DNA of 64,000 bases from an uncultured Flavobacterium sp. (lineage in GTDB: Bacteria > Bacteroidota > Bacteroidia > Flavobacteriales > Flavobacteriaceae): NCBI RefSeq assembly GCF_963974175.1, contig NZ_CAXBBR010000002.1, forward strand, positions 165,266 through 229,265, in the 5' to 3' direction. Below the pieces are notes generated by a model. That model did no database searches. It had not been told where the DNA came from and saw only the letters and a program-made list of their open reading frames with translations. The first letter of the stretch is position 1; every line of letters starts with the position of its first letter. The position numbers were made by a program, and so were the translations under genes. Below, piece after piece: positions 28,740 through 37,418 of this stretch.

Positions 28740-29519
28740 TTACCAGTCTTTTTCTGTTTTCACTGGTTTTCCTTGCACTTTTTGGGCATTAACTTTATCC
28801 TGAATTTTCTTTTCTTCATTATTCACTGCATCCAAAAGATTTTCTAATCGTTGTTTAGAAATCCCACCAGGTTGCGGTTTTGGTTTCTCCTGATCTTTGG
28901 GTTTATCATCTTTATTATTCCCATCTTTTTTATCCTTATCCTTGTCATCTCCCTTGTCATCTTTCTTATCCTTATCTTTATCTCCTTCTTTCTTGTCTTT
29001 GTCTTTCTTGTCCTGATCCTTTTTGTCTTTGTCCTTTTTATCTTTATCGTCTTTATTCTTATCGTCCTTAGGCGGATTTTCTTTCAGCATTTTTTTTGCC
29101 AATGCATAATTGTATCTTGTTTCGTCATCAGAAGGATCATTGCGTAGCGCATTTTTATATGCCTCAACAGCCTCGGTATAATTTTTTTCTTTCATAAATA
29201 CATTCCCTATATTATGAAAAGCTTTGTGTTTCTGAGGTCTTGATTTAGTACTTTTAATAGCTTTGGCGTAAGCGAACTTAGCTTCAGATACTTGATTTTG
29301 CTTATAAATGGCGTTTCCTAAATTATAAGGTGCAACAGTCCTATTTGGGAATTTTGAATTTGAAATTCGATAATCAGCTTCTGCATCTACAAATTTACTG
29401 TCTGCATATTCTTCATTTGCCTTAGCTAAACTTTTATCTTTCTCTTGTGCAAATACGCCTCCCAACCCTAAAAAGAGAACTGAGAAAGAGATAAATATGT
29501 ATTTTTTAAGATTCTTCAT
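28740..29519 (-). CDS. batC: BatC-like TPR protein with Lys/Asp-rich tail
   Basis: Signal peptide, TPR repeats, then about 65 residues of K/D low complexity. Confidence 0.8.
   Translation of the reverse strand: MKNLKKYIFISFSVLFLGLGGVFAQEKDKSLAKANEEYADSKFVDAEADYRISNSKFPNRTVAPYNLGNAIYKQNQVSEAKFAYAKAIKSTKSRPQKHKAFHNIGNVFMKEKNYTEAVEAYKNALRNDPSDDETRYNYALAKKMLKENPPKDDKNKDDKDKKDKDKKDQDKKDKDKKEGDKDKDKKDDKGDDKDKDKKDGNNKDDKPKDQEKPKPQPGGISKQRLENLLDAVNNEEKKIQDKVNAQKVQGKPVKTEKDW
28875..29069 (-). repeat. low-complexity coding repeat (KD-rich) inside batC
   Basis: Degenerate CTTTGTC/CTTATC repeats encoding KDDKNKDDKDKKDKDKKDQDKKDKDKK... Confidence 0.8.
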
Positions 29520-29572
29520 TTTTATTAAATTATGCTATTCCTTACAAGTTGAATCCCTGAAAGAACAGACAT

Positions 29573-30607
29573 TTATTTTTCTTCATTAAATAAATTCAAT
29601 TTCTTCACCCAGCTCGTTTTCTTTTCCAACAAAAACAAATCTAAAAACAGCAACACAAAAGCGAATCCTAGAAACCATTGAAACTGTGATTGGAAATCGG
29701 CCATTTGCGTGGACTCAAATTCGGTTTTTTGAATTTTATCTAAGGTGTTCTTAATGTATGCTATCACTTCTTTAGTATTATTCCCATTGATATAGCCGCC
29801 TTTGGTCGCTTTAGCGATCGTTTCCAGACTGGCACGATTCAATTTTGTCACAACAACTTCATCATTGTTGTCTCTTTGATAACTTTCTACAATACCATTT
29901 TTCTTCAAAGGAATCGTTCCTCCTTTTTCGGTTCCTATCCCTATAGTAATGATTCTCATTCCCTGCTTATTCGCTTCTTCCGCCGCCGCTTGGGCACCTT
30001 CAGAATGGTCTTCTCCGTCAGAAATTAGAATCAGCAACTTAGAGGTTTTGCTCTTATCGTCAAAATAGGTTGAAGACAGTTTTATCGCTTCATCTAGCGA
30101 AGTTCCTTGTGAAGACACCATTTCAGTGTTCATACTTTGCAAAAACATTTTTGCAACACTGTAATCCGTAGTAATTGGCAATACCGGAAAAGCGCTACCT
30201 GCGTAGGCCACAATCCCTATTCTATCATTCCCTAATTGATTGATAATTTGCGAAACAATCTGCTTACTTTTTTCTAATCTACTCGGAGCAACATCTTCTG
30301 CAAGCATACTTTTGGATACATCCATCGCAAAAACGATATCAATTCCTTCTCGTTTTACCGTTTCCATTTTAGTTCCAATTTTTGGATTTACCAATCCAAA
30401 AATCAATCCCGTCAAAGCCAAAATAATCACAACCAGTTTAAAAACAGGTTTAAAAACGGAAGATTCCGGACTCAATTTTTTTATTAATTCCAGATCCCCA
30501 AATTCCTTTTTCTTTTTTCTTTTCCAATATAAATTGAAAAGGAACAATACCACCACTAACGGCAGTATAAAAAGTAAGTATAAATATTTTATTTCGTCTA
30601 ATTCCAT
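29573..30607 (-). CDS. batB: BatB-like VWA-domain membrane protein
   Basis: N-terminal TMs and MIDAS motif DVSKSM. Confidence 0.9.
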   Translation of the reverse strand: MELDEIKYLYLLFILPLVVVLFLFNLYWKRKKKKEFGDLELIKKLSPESSVFKPVFKLVVIILALTGLIFGLVNPKIGTKMETVKREGIDIVFAMDVSKSMLAEDVAPSRLEKSKQIVSQIINQLGNDRIGIVAYAGSAFPVLPITTDYSVAKMFLQSMNTEMVSSQGTSLDEAIKLSSTYFDDKSKTSKLLILISDGEDHSEGAQAAAEEANKQGMRIITIGIGTEKGGTIPLKKNGIVESYQRDNNDEVVVTKLNRASLETIAKATKGGYINGNNTKEVIAYIKNTLDKIQKTEFESTQMADFQSQFQWFLGFAFVLLFLDLFLLEKKTSWVKKLNLFNEEK

Positions 30608-30614
30608 TTTTAAT

Positions 30615-30642
30615 ATTCAGTTTGCAGTATTCAGTTTGCAGT
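30615..30642. repeat. perfect tandem duplication of the 14-mer ATTCAGTTTGCAGT
   Basis: Two identical adjacent copies, 7 nt upstream (minus sense) of the batB start. Confidence 0.85.
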
Positions 30643-30753
30643 TCCCAAAAAGTGATAATCATTCACTTTTATCCTCTAAGCAAATTAGTAATAGTTACTC
30701 TTTAATTAAATTCCAGCTTTCACATCCAGTCAACCTCTCCTTCGGAGTGGATC

Positions 30754-31755
30754 CTATATAAAGCTTTTGTAAACTGTATTCCTTAATCCGATCTCGGCTA
30801 ATAATAAGAAACCCGCAAGCCAAACAAAAGGCCTGTATTTCTCATCGTAATCATAGAATTTTAATTCCTCAATTTCGGTTGTCTCCAGTTTATTGATTTC
30901 GCCATAAATTTCAGCCAACTTGCTATTACTTGTTGCTCTAAAGTAACGTCCCTCCGTTTTATTTGCGATACTTTTCATCAATTTTTCATCAATTTCGACT
31001 TTCATCATTTTGAATAAAAATTGACCGTTTGGTCCCACCGCGTATGGAAATTCTGCCATTCCGTTTGTCCCAATACCTATTGTATATACTTTTATACCAT
31101 ATTGTTTAGCTATATCTGCTGCTGTTTCCGGTTCAATAAAACCTGAATTATTTACACCATCTGTCAGCAGGATAATCACTTTACTTTTGGCTTTACTGTC
31201 TTTCAAACGGTTAACCGCTGTAGCCAGTCCCATTCCTATTCCTGTCCCATCCTGTAAAACCGTATCGTATTTTATACTCTTGATGGCCTCAAGAACAACG
31301 GCTTTGTCGCTGGTAACTGGAGTTTTTGTATAGGCTTCAGAAGCATAAACTACAAGCCCTATTCTGTCATTAGGCCTTTCATCTGCAAAATCAGCTGCCA
31401 CTCTTTTCAACGCTTCCATTCTGTTAGGCTTCAAATCTTTGGCAAGCATACTTCCTGACACATCGACTGCCATAACGATATCTATCCCTTTTGTAGTTTT
31501 AGTTTTATTGCTTATGTCAACCGTTCTAGGTCTAGCCATAGCCACAATCAAAGAACTCAATGCCGCTAACCTTAATACGCTCAAATAAGGTTTTAGCTTT
31601 GCTAATAAAGATTCAGAAGATTTAAATCCCTTAATTGAACTTATTTTTAAGGTCGCTGATTGATCGTTCCTTTTCACAAATAGCCAGACTATAGCTACTG
31701 GAATTAAAAGAAACAACCAGAAAAACTCAGGATTTAAAAATGTGATATTTCCCAT
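30754..31755 (-). CDS. batA: BatA-like VWA-domain membrane protein
   Basis: MIDAS motif DVSGSM. Start overlaps the upstream stop (TAATG). Confidence 0.9.
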   Translation of the reverse strand: MGNITFLNPEFFWLFLLIPVAIVWLFVKRNDQSATLKISSIKGFKSSESLLAKLKPYLSVLRLAALSSLIVAMARPRTVDISNKTKTTKGIDIVMAVDVSGSMLAKDLKPNRMEALKRVAADFADERPNDRIGLVVYASEAYTKTPVTSDKAVVLEAIKSIKYDTVLQDGTGIGMGLATAVNRLKDSKAKSKVIILLTDGVNNSGFIEPETAADIAKQYGIKVYTIGIGTNGMAEFPYAVGPNGQFLFKMMKVEIDEKLMKSIANKTEGRYFRATSNSKLAEIYGEINKLETTEIEELKFYDYDEKYRPFVWLAGFLLLAEIGLRNTVYKSFI

Positions 31756-33383
31756 TATTTACTTAATTGTATTAATTCGACAGAGCTCAAAACTCGGTCT
31801 GATATTTCATTCGCATACGAATCCCCTTCTTCATGGAAAATCATGATTTGTTGTAATCCGCCTTCTTGACTGAATAGCACTATTTCATAATAGAGCTTTT
31901 CGCTACTTTTAGAATTGACATTGAATCTTGAAAATGTTCCGTATGATTTTAAACCCGTTACACCTTCTTTAGTGTCAAAATCTTCTTGTTTCACAATCAT
32001 ATTTTGCGCACCTTGAGACTCCAATGTCTGTAAGGTAACCTCCATCGATTTTTTCAAATCAATTTCTGCTTCTTGTTTGTATTTAATGGTAGAAACCATC
32101 AGGTAAAAATTATCAACAAAACTACCGTAGGCAAAAGATTGCATTTCTTTAACTAGCTGCAGACCGTTTTTAGGGAGCGATTTTGTTAAATCAATTCTTC
32201 TAAGCACTTTTGGAGTTTCGATAGTAACTCCGGGATTTCCGTAGGTACTTCTTATCCATTCGGCTTCAAGTAATTCTTTTGTAGGGTGTCCAATAATAGT
32301 ATCTTTTACAAAGTCGAATCCTTTAGTAACAATGAAATAAGTTGTCGTTGCTAGCAATAAGAAAACAACCGAAGCGACTGCAATAAGTATTCGTCTGCTT
32401 CTCTTCTTCTTTAATTGAATTTGAATCTGTTTTTGTTTTTGTGCCTCATTCAATAAAGTATCCTCTTCAATTTCAACTTCCACAGGAATAGAGCTGTCCA
32501 GCGTAAGAATCGCTTTTTGTATTTTATTTCGATCTGCTGTAATTTCGTACTCTACCGGTTTAGATTTGGCAAATTTTACTAAATCGGCTTGTTTTAAAAC
32601 ACGTTCCAAATTCTCTATCGTCTCTGGCGAAACCGTCATTTTCTTTCTCACAGAAGCTGCTCTAAGACCCAGGATCAACTCCGAAGTAGTGCTTTCCATC
32701 GCCGGAATATCTATCGCCTCTTCAATATAATTACGAGCAATATCCGTCAATTCACTATAGTAAGCTTTCACTTCTCCTTTTTGCCAAAGTTCCTTTTGTT
32801 CTAAGGTATTCAGTAAGCTGGTTGCTTTTTCTATTGGTGTTTTGTAAACCTCTTCTTCAATTTTTTTCTTTTGTTGTTTTTTAACAAACCAATACACTAA
32901 TACTCCTATCCCAAGAATTAGCGCTAGTATCAAAAGGTATTTCCACCAATCGCCAATCGAACTCTTTACGGGAACGATGTCTTTAATGTCGTACATCTTT
33001 TGTTTTAAAGTGTCTACCTGAACATTGGCCACTTCAACCGAAATTGAATCCGTCCTGTACGGCTTGCTGTTGATCAGAATCTTTATACTCGGAATCGTAT
33101 ATTTTCCAGAATCAAACTGTGTTAACCCATATTTTTTTATTAATTCATACCGATCATTATTTTTGATCGTGTCAATAGGATAAGACCGAATTACTTCGAG
33201 AGCTCCAATGTTTTTAAGTTTTGGAAAATCAACTTTAGACAACGTATCCACTGACGTTTTTACCGTTAATTTAAACTCAGCGCCAATTTTGTTCTTAGTT
33301 GTATCTATACTAGTTACCACTCGTTTTTGCTGAGCAAAAAAAGCAGTGGAAAAAAGCAATAATAGTAGGTAAACTTTATTCAT
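31755..33383 (-). CDS. BatD-like paralog: membrane protein with an extra C-terminal domain
   Basis: Signal peptide, BatD-like N-terminal beta domain, TM, a helical region ending LVKFAKSKP (compare BatD ARYAPSS), a second TM and a ~200-aa unknown domain. Confidence 0.7.
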   Translation of the reverse strand: MNKVYLLLLLFSTAFFAQQKRVVTSIDTTKNKIGAEFKLTVKTSVDTLSKVDFPKLKNIGALEVIRSYPIDTIKNNDRYELIKKYGLTQFDSGKYTIPSIKILINSKPYRTDSISVEVANVQVDTLKQKMYDIKDIVPVKSSIGDWWKYLLILALILGIGVLVYWFVKKQQKKKIEEEVYKTPIEKATSLLNTLEQKELWQKGEVKAYYSELTDIARNYIEEAIDIPAMESTTSELILGLRAASVRKKMTVSPETIENLERVLKQADLVKFAKSKPVEYEITADRNKIQKAILTLDSSIPVEVEIEEDTLLNEAQKQKQIQIQLKKKRSRRILIAVASVVFLLLATTTYFIVTKGFDFVKDTIIGHPTKELLEAEWIRSTYGNPGVTIETPKVLRRIDLTKSLPKNGLQLVKEMQSFAYGSFVDNFYLMVSTIKYKQEAEIDLKKSMEVTLQTLESQGAQNMIVKQEDFDTKEGVTGLKSYGTFSRFNVNSKSSEKLYYEIVLFSQEGGLQQIMIFHEEGDSYANEISDRVLSSVELIQLSK

Positions 33384-33478
33384 TTTTTATTTTCAGTTTG
33401 AGGCAAATAATTTTTGATTTCAGATTAACGATTTATGATGTTTTACACTTAGAATTAAAATTCCAAAACCGTTAATGA

Positions 33479-34342
33479 TTACCTCGATTTAAAATAGCCT
33501 AATAATTTGGTTACATAACTTTCGTCGACTCTGGTATTTACGACTCCAGCACCTGACTTACTGAATGTTTCCTTGAAATAAACTAATTGGTCATTATAAT
33601 ATTTCTCGTAGTTGAATCGAACCGTTTTCGAACTAGTGTCAACCAATTGTGTTTCTCCTGTTTCAGCATCGATCATTGGTACCATTCCTATATTCGGCAT
33701 TTTTTGTTCCCGAATATCATACACCCTAATTCCTGTGATGTCATGTTTTTTAGATGCGATTTTCAACGTATGTTCATAATCTTCCGACATGAAATCAGAG
33801 ATAACAAATACAATCGCTTTCTTTTTCTGAGTGCTGGATAAAAATTTTAAGGCTTGAGCTATATCCGTTTTGCGGCTTTTTGGTTCAAACTCTATCAATT
33901 CACGAATGATACGCAAGACGTGCGACCTACCCTTCTTTGGCGGGATATATAATTCAATTTGGTCTGAAAATAAAATCAACCCTATTTTATCATTATTCTG
34001 TGTTGCCGAAAAAGCCATGGTTGCAGCAATCTCCGTAACAATATCTTTTTTGAATTGGTTCTTAGAACCAAAACTTTCCGAACCTGAGATATCTACCATC
34101 AACATCATTGTCAACTCACGCTCTTCTTCAAAGACCTTTACATGAGCTTCATTGTAACGCGCCGTAACATTCCAATCAATATTACGAATATCATCTCCAT
34201 ATTGATATTGACGTACTTCGCTAAAAGTCATTCCGCGCCCCTTGAATGAGGTGTGGTATTCCCCTGAAAAGATATGATCGCTCAATCTTCGGGTTTTAAT
34301 TTCTATTTTTCGTACTTTCTTTAAAAGCTCTTTTGTATCCAT
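33479..34342 (-). CDS. DUF58-domain protein
   Basis: DIRNIDWNVTAR motif and a VWA-like core. Follows the MoxR ATPase gene. Confidence 0.9.
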   Translation of the reverse strand: MDTKELLKKVRKIEIKTRRLSDHIFSGEYHTSFKGRGMTFSEVRQYQYGDDIRNIDWNVTARYNEAHVKVFEEERELTMMLMVDISGSESFGSKNQFKKDIVTEIAATMAFSATQNNDKIGLILFSDQIELYIPPKKGRSHVLRIIRELIEFEPKSRKTDIAQALKFLSSTQKKKAIVFVISDFMSEDYEHTLKIASKKHDITGIRVYDIREQKMPNIGMVPMIDAETGETQLVDTSSKTVRFNYEKYYNDQLVYFKETFSKSGAGVVNTRVDESYVTKLLGYFKSR

Positions 34343-34352
34343 TCTATAATTT

Positions 34353-34428
34353 GTTTAAAGTTTAAAAGTTTAATGTTTCAAACTTGTCATTTAACAACCT
34401 GAAACTTTAAACATTAAACAAACTTTAA
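34353..34428. repeat. GTTTAAAG-word spacer hairpin (moxR to DUF58)
   Basis: GTTTAAAGTTTAAAAGTTTAATGTTTCAAAC ... CTGAAACTTTAAACATTAAACAAACTTTAA, imperfect inverted arms. Confidence 0.7.
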
Positions 34429-35429
34429 GGTACTTCAACTTCATTTATAATTTTATTGATAATATCAACAGAGGTAATATTTTCAGCTTCTGCTTCATAA
34501 GTAATACCAATTCTGTGACGCAATACATCATGAACAACGGCACGAACATCTTCTGGGATTACATAACCACGTCGTTTTATAAAAGCATAACATTTGGCCG
34601 CATTAGCTAAATTGATACTACCACGTGGCGAAGCACCAAAACTGATTAACGGTTTCAAGTCGGCTAGTTTATATTTCTCTGGGTAACGAGTGGCAAAAAT
34701 AATATCAAGAATGTATTTCTCAATTTTCTCATCCATATAGACTTCACGAACCGCTTCTTGTGCACGTAGAATTTGTTCTACAGAAACAACTTGGTTTACT
34801 TTCTCGTAGCTTCCTTTTAAGTTTTGACGAACAACCATACGCTCTTCATCCATTTTAGGATAGTCAATAACCGTTTTCAACATAAAACGATCGACTTGTG
34901 CTTCCGGAAGTTGGTACGTTCCTTCTTGCTCAATTGGGTTTTGAGTTGCCAAAACTAAGAAAGGTCTGTCTAATTTAAAAGTAGTATCACCAATAGTCAC
35001 TTGCTTTTCCTGCATCGCTTCTAATAATGCAGATTGCACTTTAGCTGGCGCACGGTTAATCTCATCTGCCAAAACGAAATTAGCAAAAATAGGTCCTTTT
35101 TTTATGGAGAATTCATTTTGCTTAATATTGTATATCATTGTTCCTACAACATCTGCTGGCAATAAATCTGGTGTAAATTGTATTCTACTGAATGATCCGT
35201 GTACCGCTTGGGAAAGCGTATTAATAGCTAGCGTTTTTGCTAATCCTGGAACACCTTCCAGTAAAATATGTCCTTGTCCAAGAAGTCCAATTAATAATCT
35301 TTCAACCATGTGCTTTTGACCCACAATCACTTTATTCATTTCCATTGTCAAGAGGTCGATAAATGCGCTCTCTCTTTCTATTTTTTCATTGATTGCTCTA
35401 ATGTCTAAAGTCGATGTATTTTCTTCCAT
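34425..35429 (-). CDS. MoxR-family AAA+ ATPase
   Basis: Walker A GVPGLAKT and Walker B LADEINRA. Confidence 0.95.
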   Translation of the reverse strand: MEENTSTLDIRAINEKIERESAFIDLLTMEMNKVIVGQKHMVERLLIGLLGQGHILLEGVPGLAKTLAINTLSQAVHGSFSRIQFTPDLLPADVVGTMIYNIKQNEFSIKKGPIFANFVLADEINRAPAKVQSALLEAMQEKQVTIGDTTFKLDRPFLVLATQNPIEQEGTYQLPEAQVDRFMLKTVIDYPKMDEERMVVRQNLKGSYEKVNQVVSVEQILRAQEAVREVYMDEKIEKYILDIIFATRYPEKYKLADLKPLISFGASPRGSINLANAAKCYAFIKRRGYVIPEDVRAVVHDVLRHRIGITYEAEAENITSVDIINKIINEVEVP

Positions 35430-35641
35430 ATCGTTATATTTAAAACCTTGAATTTAATGCCTTATATTTGAGAGTGCAAATTGAATTATTTTTTAGAGGT
35501 AAGATGTTAAAAAATGGTTAAAACTTCGAACAAAGCCCTAATTTTAAGGACGAATTATGATACAATTTTTATATTTTTAAGAACTTTGAAAAATATACTT
35601 TGAAATAAGAAAAATACGAGTTTCAGTAAAAAATAAAAACC

Positions 35642-36514
35642 ATGAGCAAAACGACATTATCACCTATAATTGCAGGCACTATGAATTGGGGAGTTTGGGA
35701 CAAAAACCTAACCCCAAAGGAAATGGAAAGTATGATCCATGTCTGTTTAGAAAATAAAATTACCACCTTTGACCATGCCGATATTTACGGTGGTTACACT
35801 ACCGAATCCGACTTCGGAAAAGCATTTTCTTCGAGCAACGTAGCGAGAGAAAAAATCCAGCTTATTTCCAAATGTGGGATTCAAATGCTGGCTGAAAACC
35901 GAGACAACAAAATCAAACATTACGACTACTCTAAGTCACACATTATCTGGTCAGTTGAACAATCGTTAAAGAATTTACAAACTGATTATTTAGATGTATT
36001 TTTGTTACACAGACCTAGTCCGTTGATGCAAGCAGATGAAATTGCCGAAGCAGTAGAAAAACTAAAATCAGAGGGAAAAATAGTCGACTTTGGACTCTCT
36101 AATTTTACCAGTTCTCAAACTGAATTGATTCGTCAAAAAACAGAAGTGAGCTACAATCAGGTACAGTTTTCGGCAACAAATTTTGAACCTATGATTGACG
36201 GCAGTTTTGATTATATGCAACTAAATAAAATTCGCCCGATGTCTTGGAATCCGTTAGGATTTGTTTTCAGGAAAGATATCCCGCAAACACATCGACTAAA
36301 AAAAATATTGGCAACCTTGGTTTCAAAATACCATTTGGGTGCTGACACAATTTTACTTTCCTGGGTTTTACAACATCCAGCCAAAGTGCTTCCTATAGCA
36401 GGAACAGTAAATGTTGCCAGAATACAATCGTTGATGAAAGCAGTCGAACTAGATCTTGAAAAAGAAGATTGGTTTGCCATCTGGGCAGAAAGTATGGGAG
36501 AAGATGTGCCTTAA
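35642..36514 (+). CDS. aldo/keto reductase (YdhF-like)
   Basis: DHADIYGGY, ISKCGI and HRPSPLM motifs with a C-terminal GEDVP, closely recalling E. coli YdhF. Confidence 0.9.
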   Translation: MSKTTLSPIIAGTMNWGVWDKNLTPKEMESMIHVCLENKITTFDHADIYGGYTTESDFGKAFSSSNVAREKIQLISKCGIQMLAENRDNKIKHYDYSKSHIIWSVEQSLKNLQTDYLDVFLLHRPSPLMQADEIAEAVEKLKSEGKIVDFGLSNFTSSQTELIRQKTEVSYNQVQFSATNFEPMIDGSFDYMQLNKIRPMSWNPLGFVFRKDIPQTHRLKKILATLVSKYHLGADTILLSWVLQHPAKVLPIAGTVNVARIQSLMKAVELDLEKEDWFAIWAESMGEDVP

Positions 36515-36589
36515 TTTAAGTGCCAATTGTAGTTATAAAACAATAAAAATGAAATCCAACAATACTGATTTCGACACAAATAATAAACC

Positions 36590-37342
36590 ATGAGTAAAAC
36601 AGCCTTAATAACCGGTGCAACCAGCGGAATCGGTAAAGCGACCGCACAAATATTAGCAAAAAACAACTATAAAATTATCCTGTGTGGAAGACGCGAAGAC
36701 CGAATGGCAGAACTCGAAAAGGAACTTTCAGAACTGACAGCGGTACATACTCTACTATTTGATGTGCGTGATAAAAAAGCGGTGTCAGAAAGCATAGCTT
36801 CTTTACCTATAGCTTTTTCTACTATAGACATTCTTATCAACAATGCTGGTAACGCACATGGATTAGACCCTATTCAAACTGGCGATTTAGACGATTGGGA
36901 TGCCATGATCGATATCAACGTAAAAGGCTTGTTATATGTTTCGAAAGCCATCATTCCCCAAATGATCGAAAGAAAATCAGGTCATATCATCAATATTGGT
37001 TCCACTGCCGCAAAAGAAGTGTATCCAAACGGAAATGTCTATTGTGCCACAAAACATGCGGTTGATGCCTTAAATCAAGGCATGCGAATGGATTTAAACC
37101 CCTTCGGAATAAGAGTGGGCGCTATCCATCCCGGAATGGTGCAAACTGAATTTAGCGAAGTGCGTTTTAAGGGAGATACAGATAGAGCTGAAAAAGTATA
37201 TCAAGGTTTCACACCCTTACAACCAGAAGATATTGCTGATATTATTCATTTCGTGGTATCCAGACCCTATCATGTTAATATTGCCGATTTAGTGGTAATG
37301 AGTACTGCACAGGCTTCTTCGACGATTGTAAAAAAGAATTAA
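36590..37342 (+). CDS. SDR-family oxidoreductase (YdfG-like)
   Basis: TGATSGIGKA cofactor motif and catalytic YCATKHA. Confidence 0.9.
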   Translation: MSKTALITGATSGIGKATAQILAKNNYKIILCGRREDRMAELEKELSELTAVHTLLFDVRDKKAVSESIASLPIAFSTIDILINNAGNAHGLDPIQTGDLDDWDAMIDINVKGLLYVSKAIIPQMIERKSGHIINIGSTAAKEVYPNGNVYCATKHAVDALNQGMRMDLNPFGIRVGAIHPGMVQTEFSEVRFKGDTDRAEKVYQGFTPLQPEDIADIIHFVVSRPYHVNIADLVVMSTAQASSTIVKKN

Positions 37343-37418
37343 AGCAACGCATGTAAGGCAATTAAATTTTAGTTTTTTAAAGATTTTTATCTAACGGGTC
37401 AATAAATAATAAAATAGA

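Noticed and set aside
28851-29147. Two overlapping plus-strand ORFs (98 and 63 aa) rich in F/L/I or P/Y/L
   Set aside because: They are antisense translations of the K/D-rich repeat of batC, an artefact of the low-complexity DNA.
30240-30761. 173-aa plus-strand ORF spanning the batB 5' end and the batA-batB spacer
   Set aside because: It is antisense to a VWA gene with a clear MIDAS motif, Ser/Ile/Phe-rich and low in complexity, and it crosses the repeat spacer.
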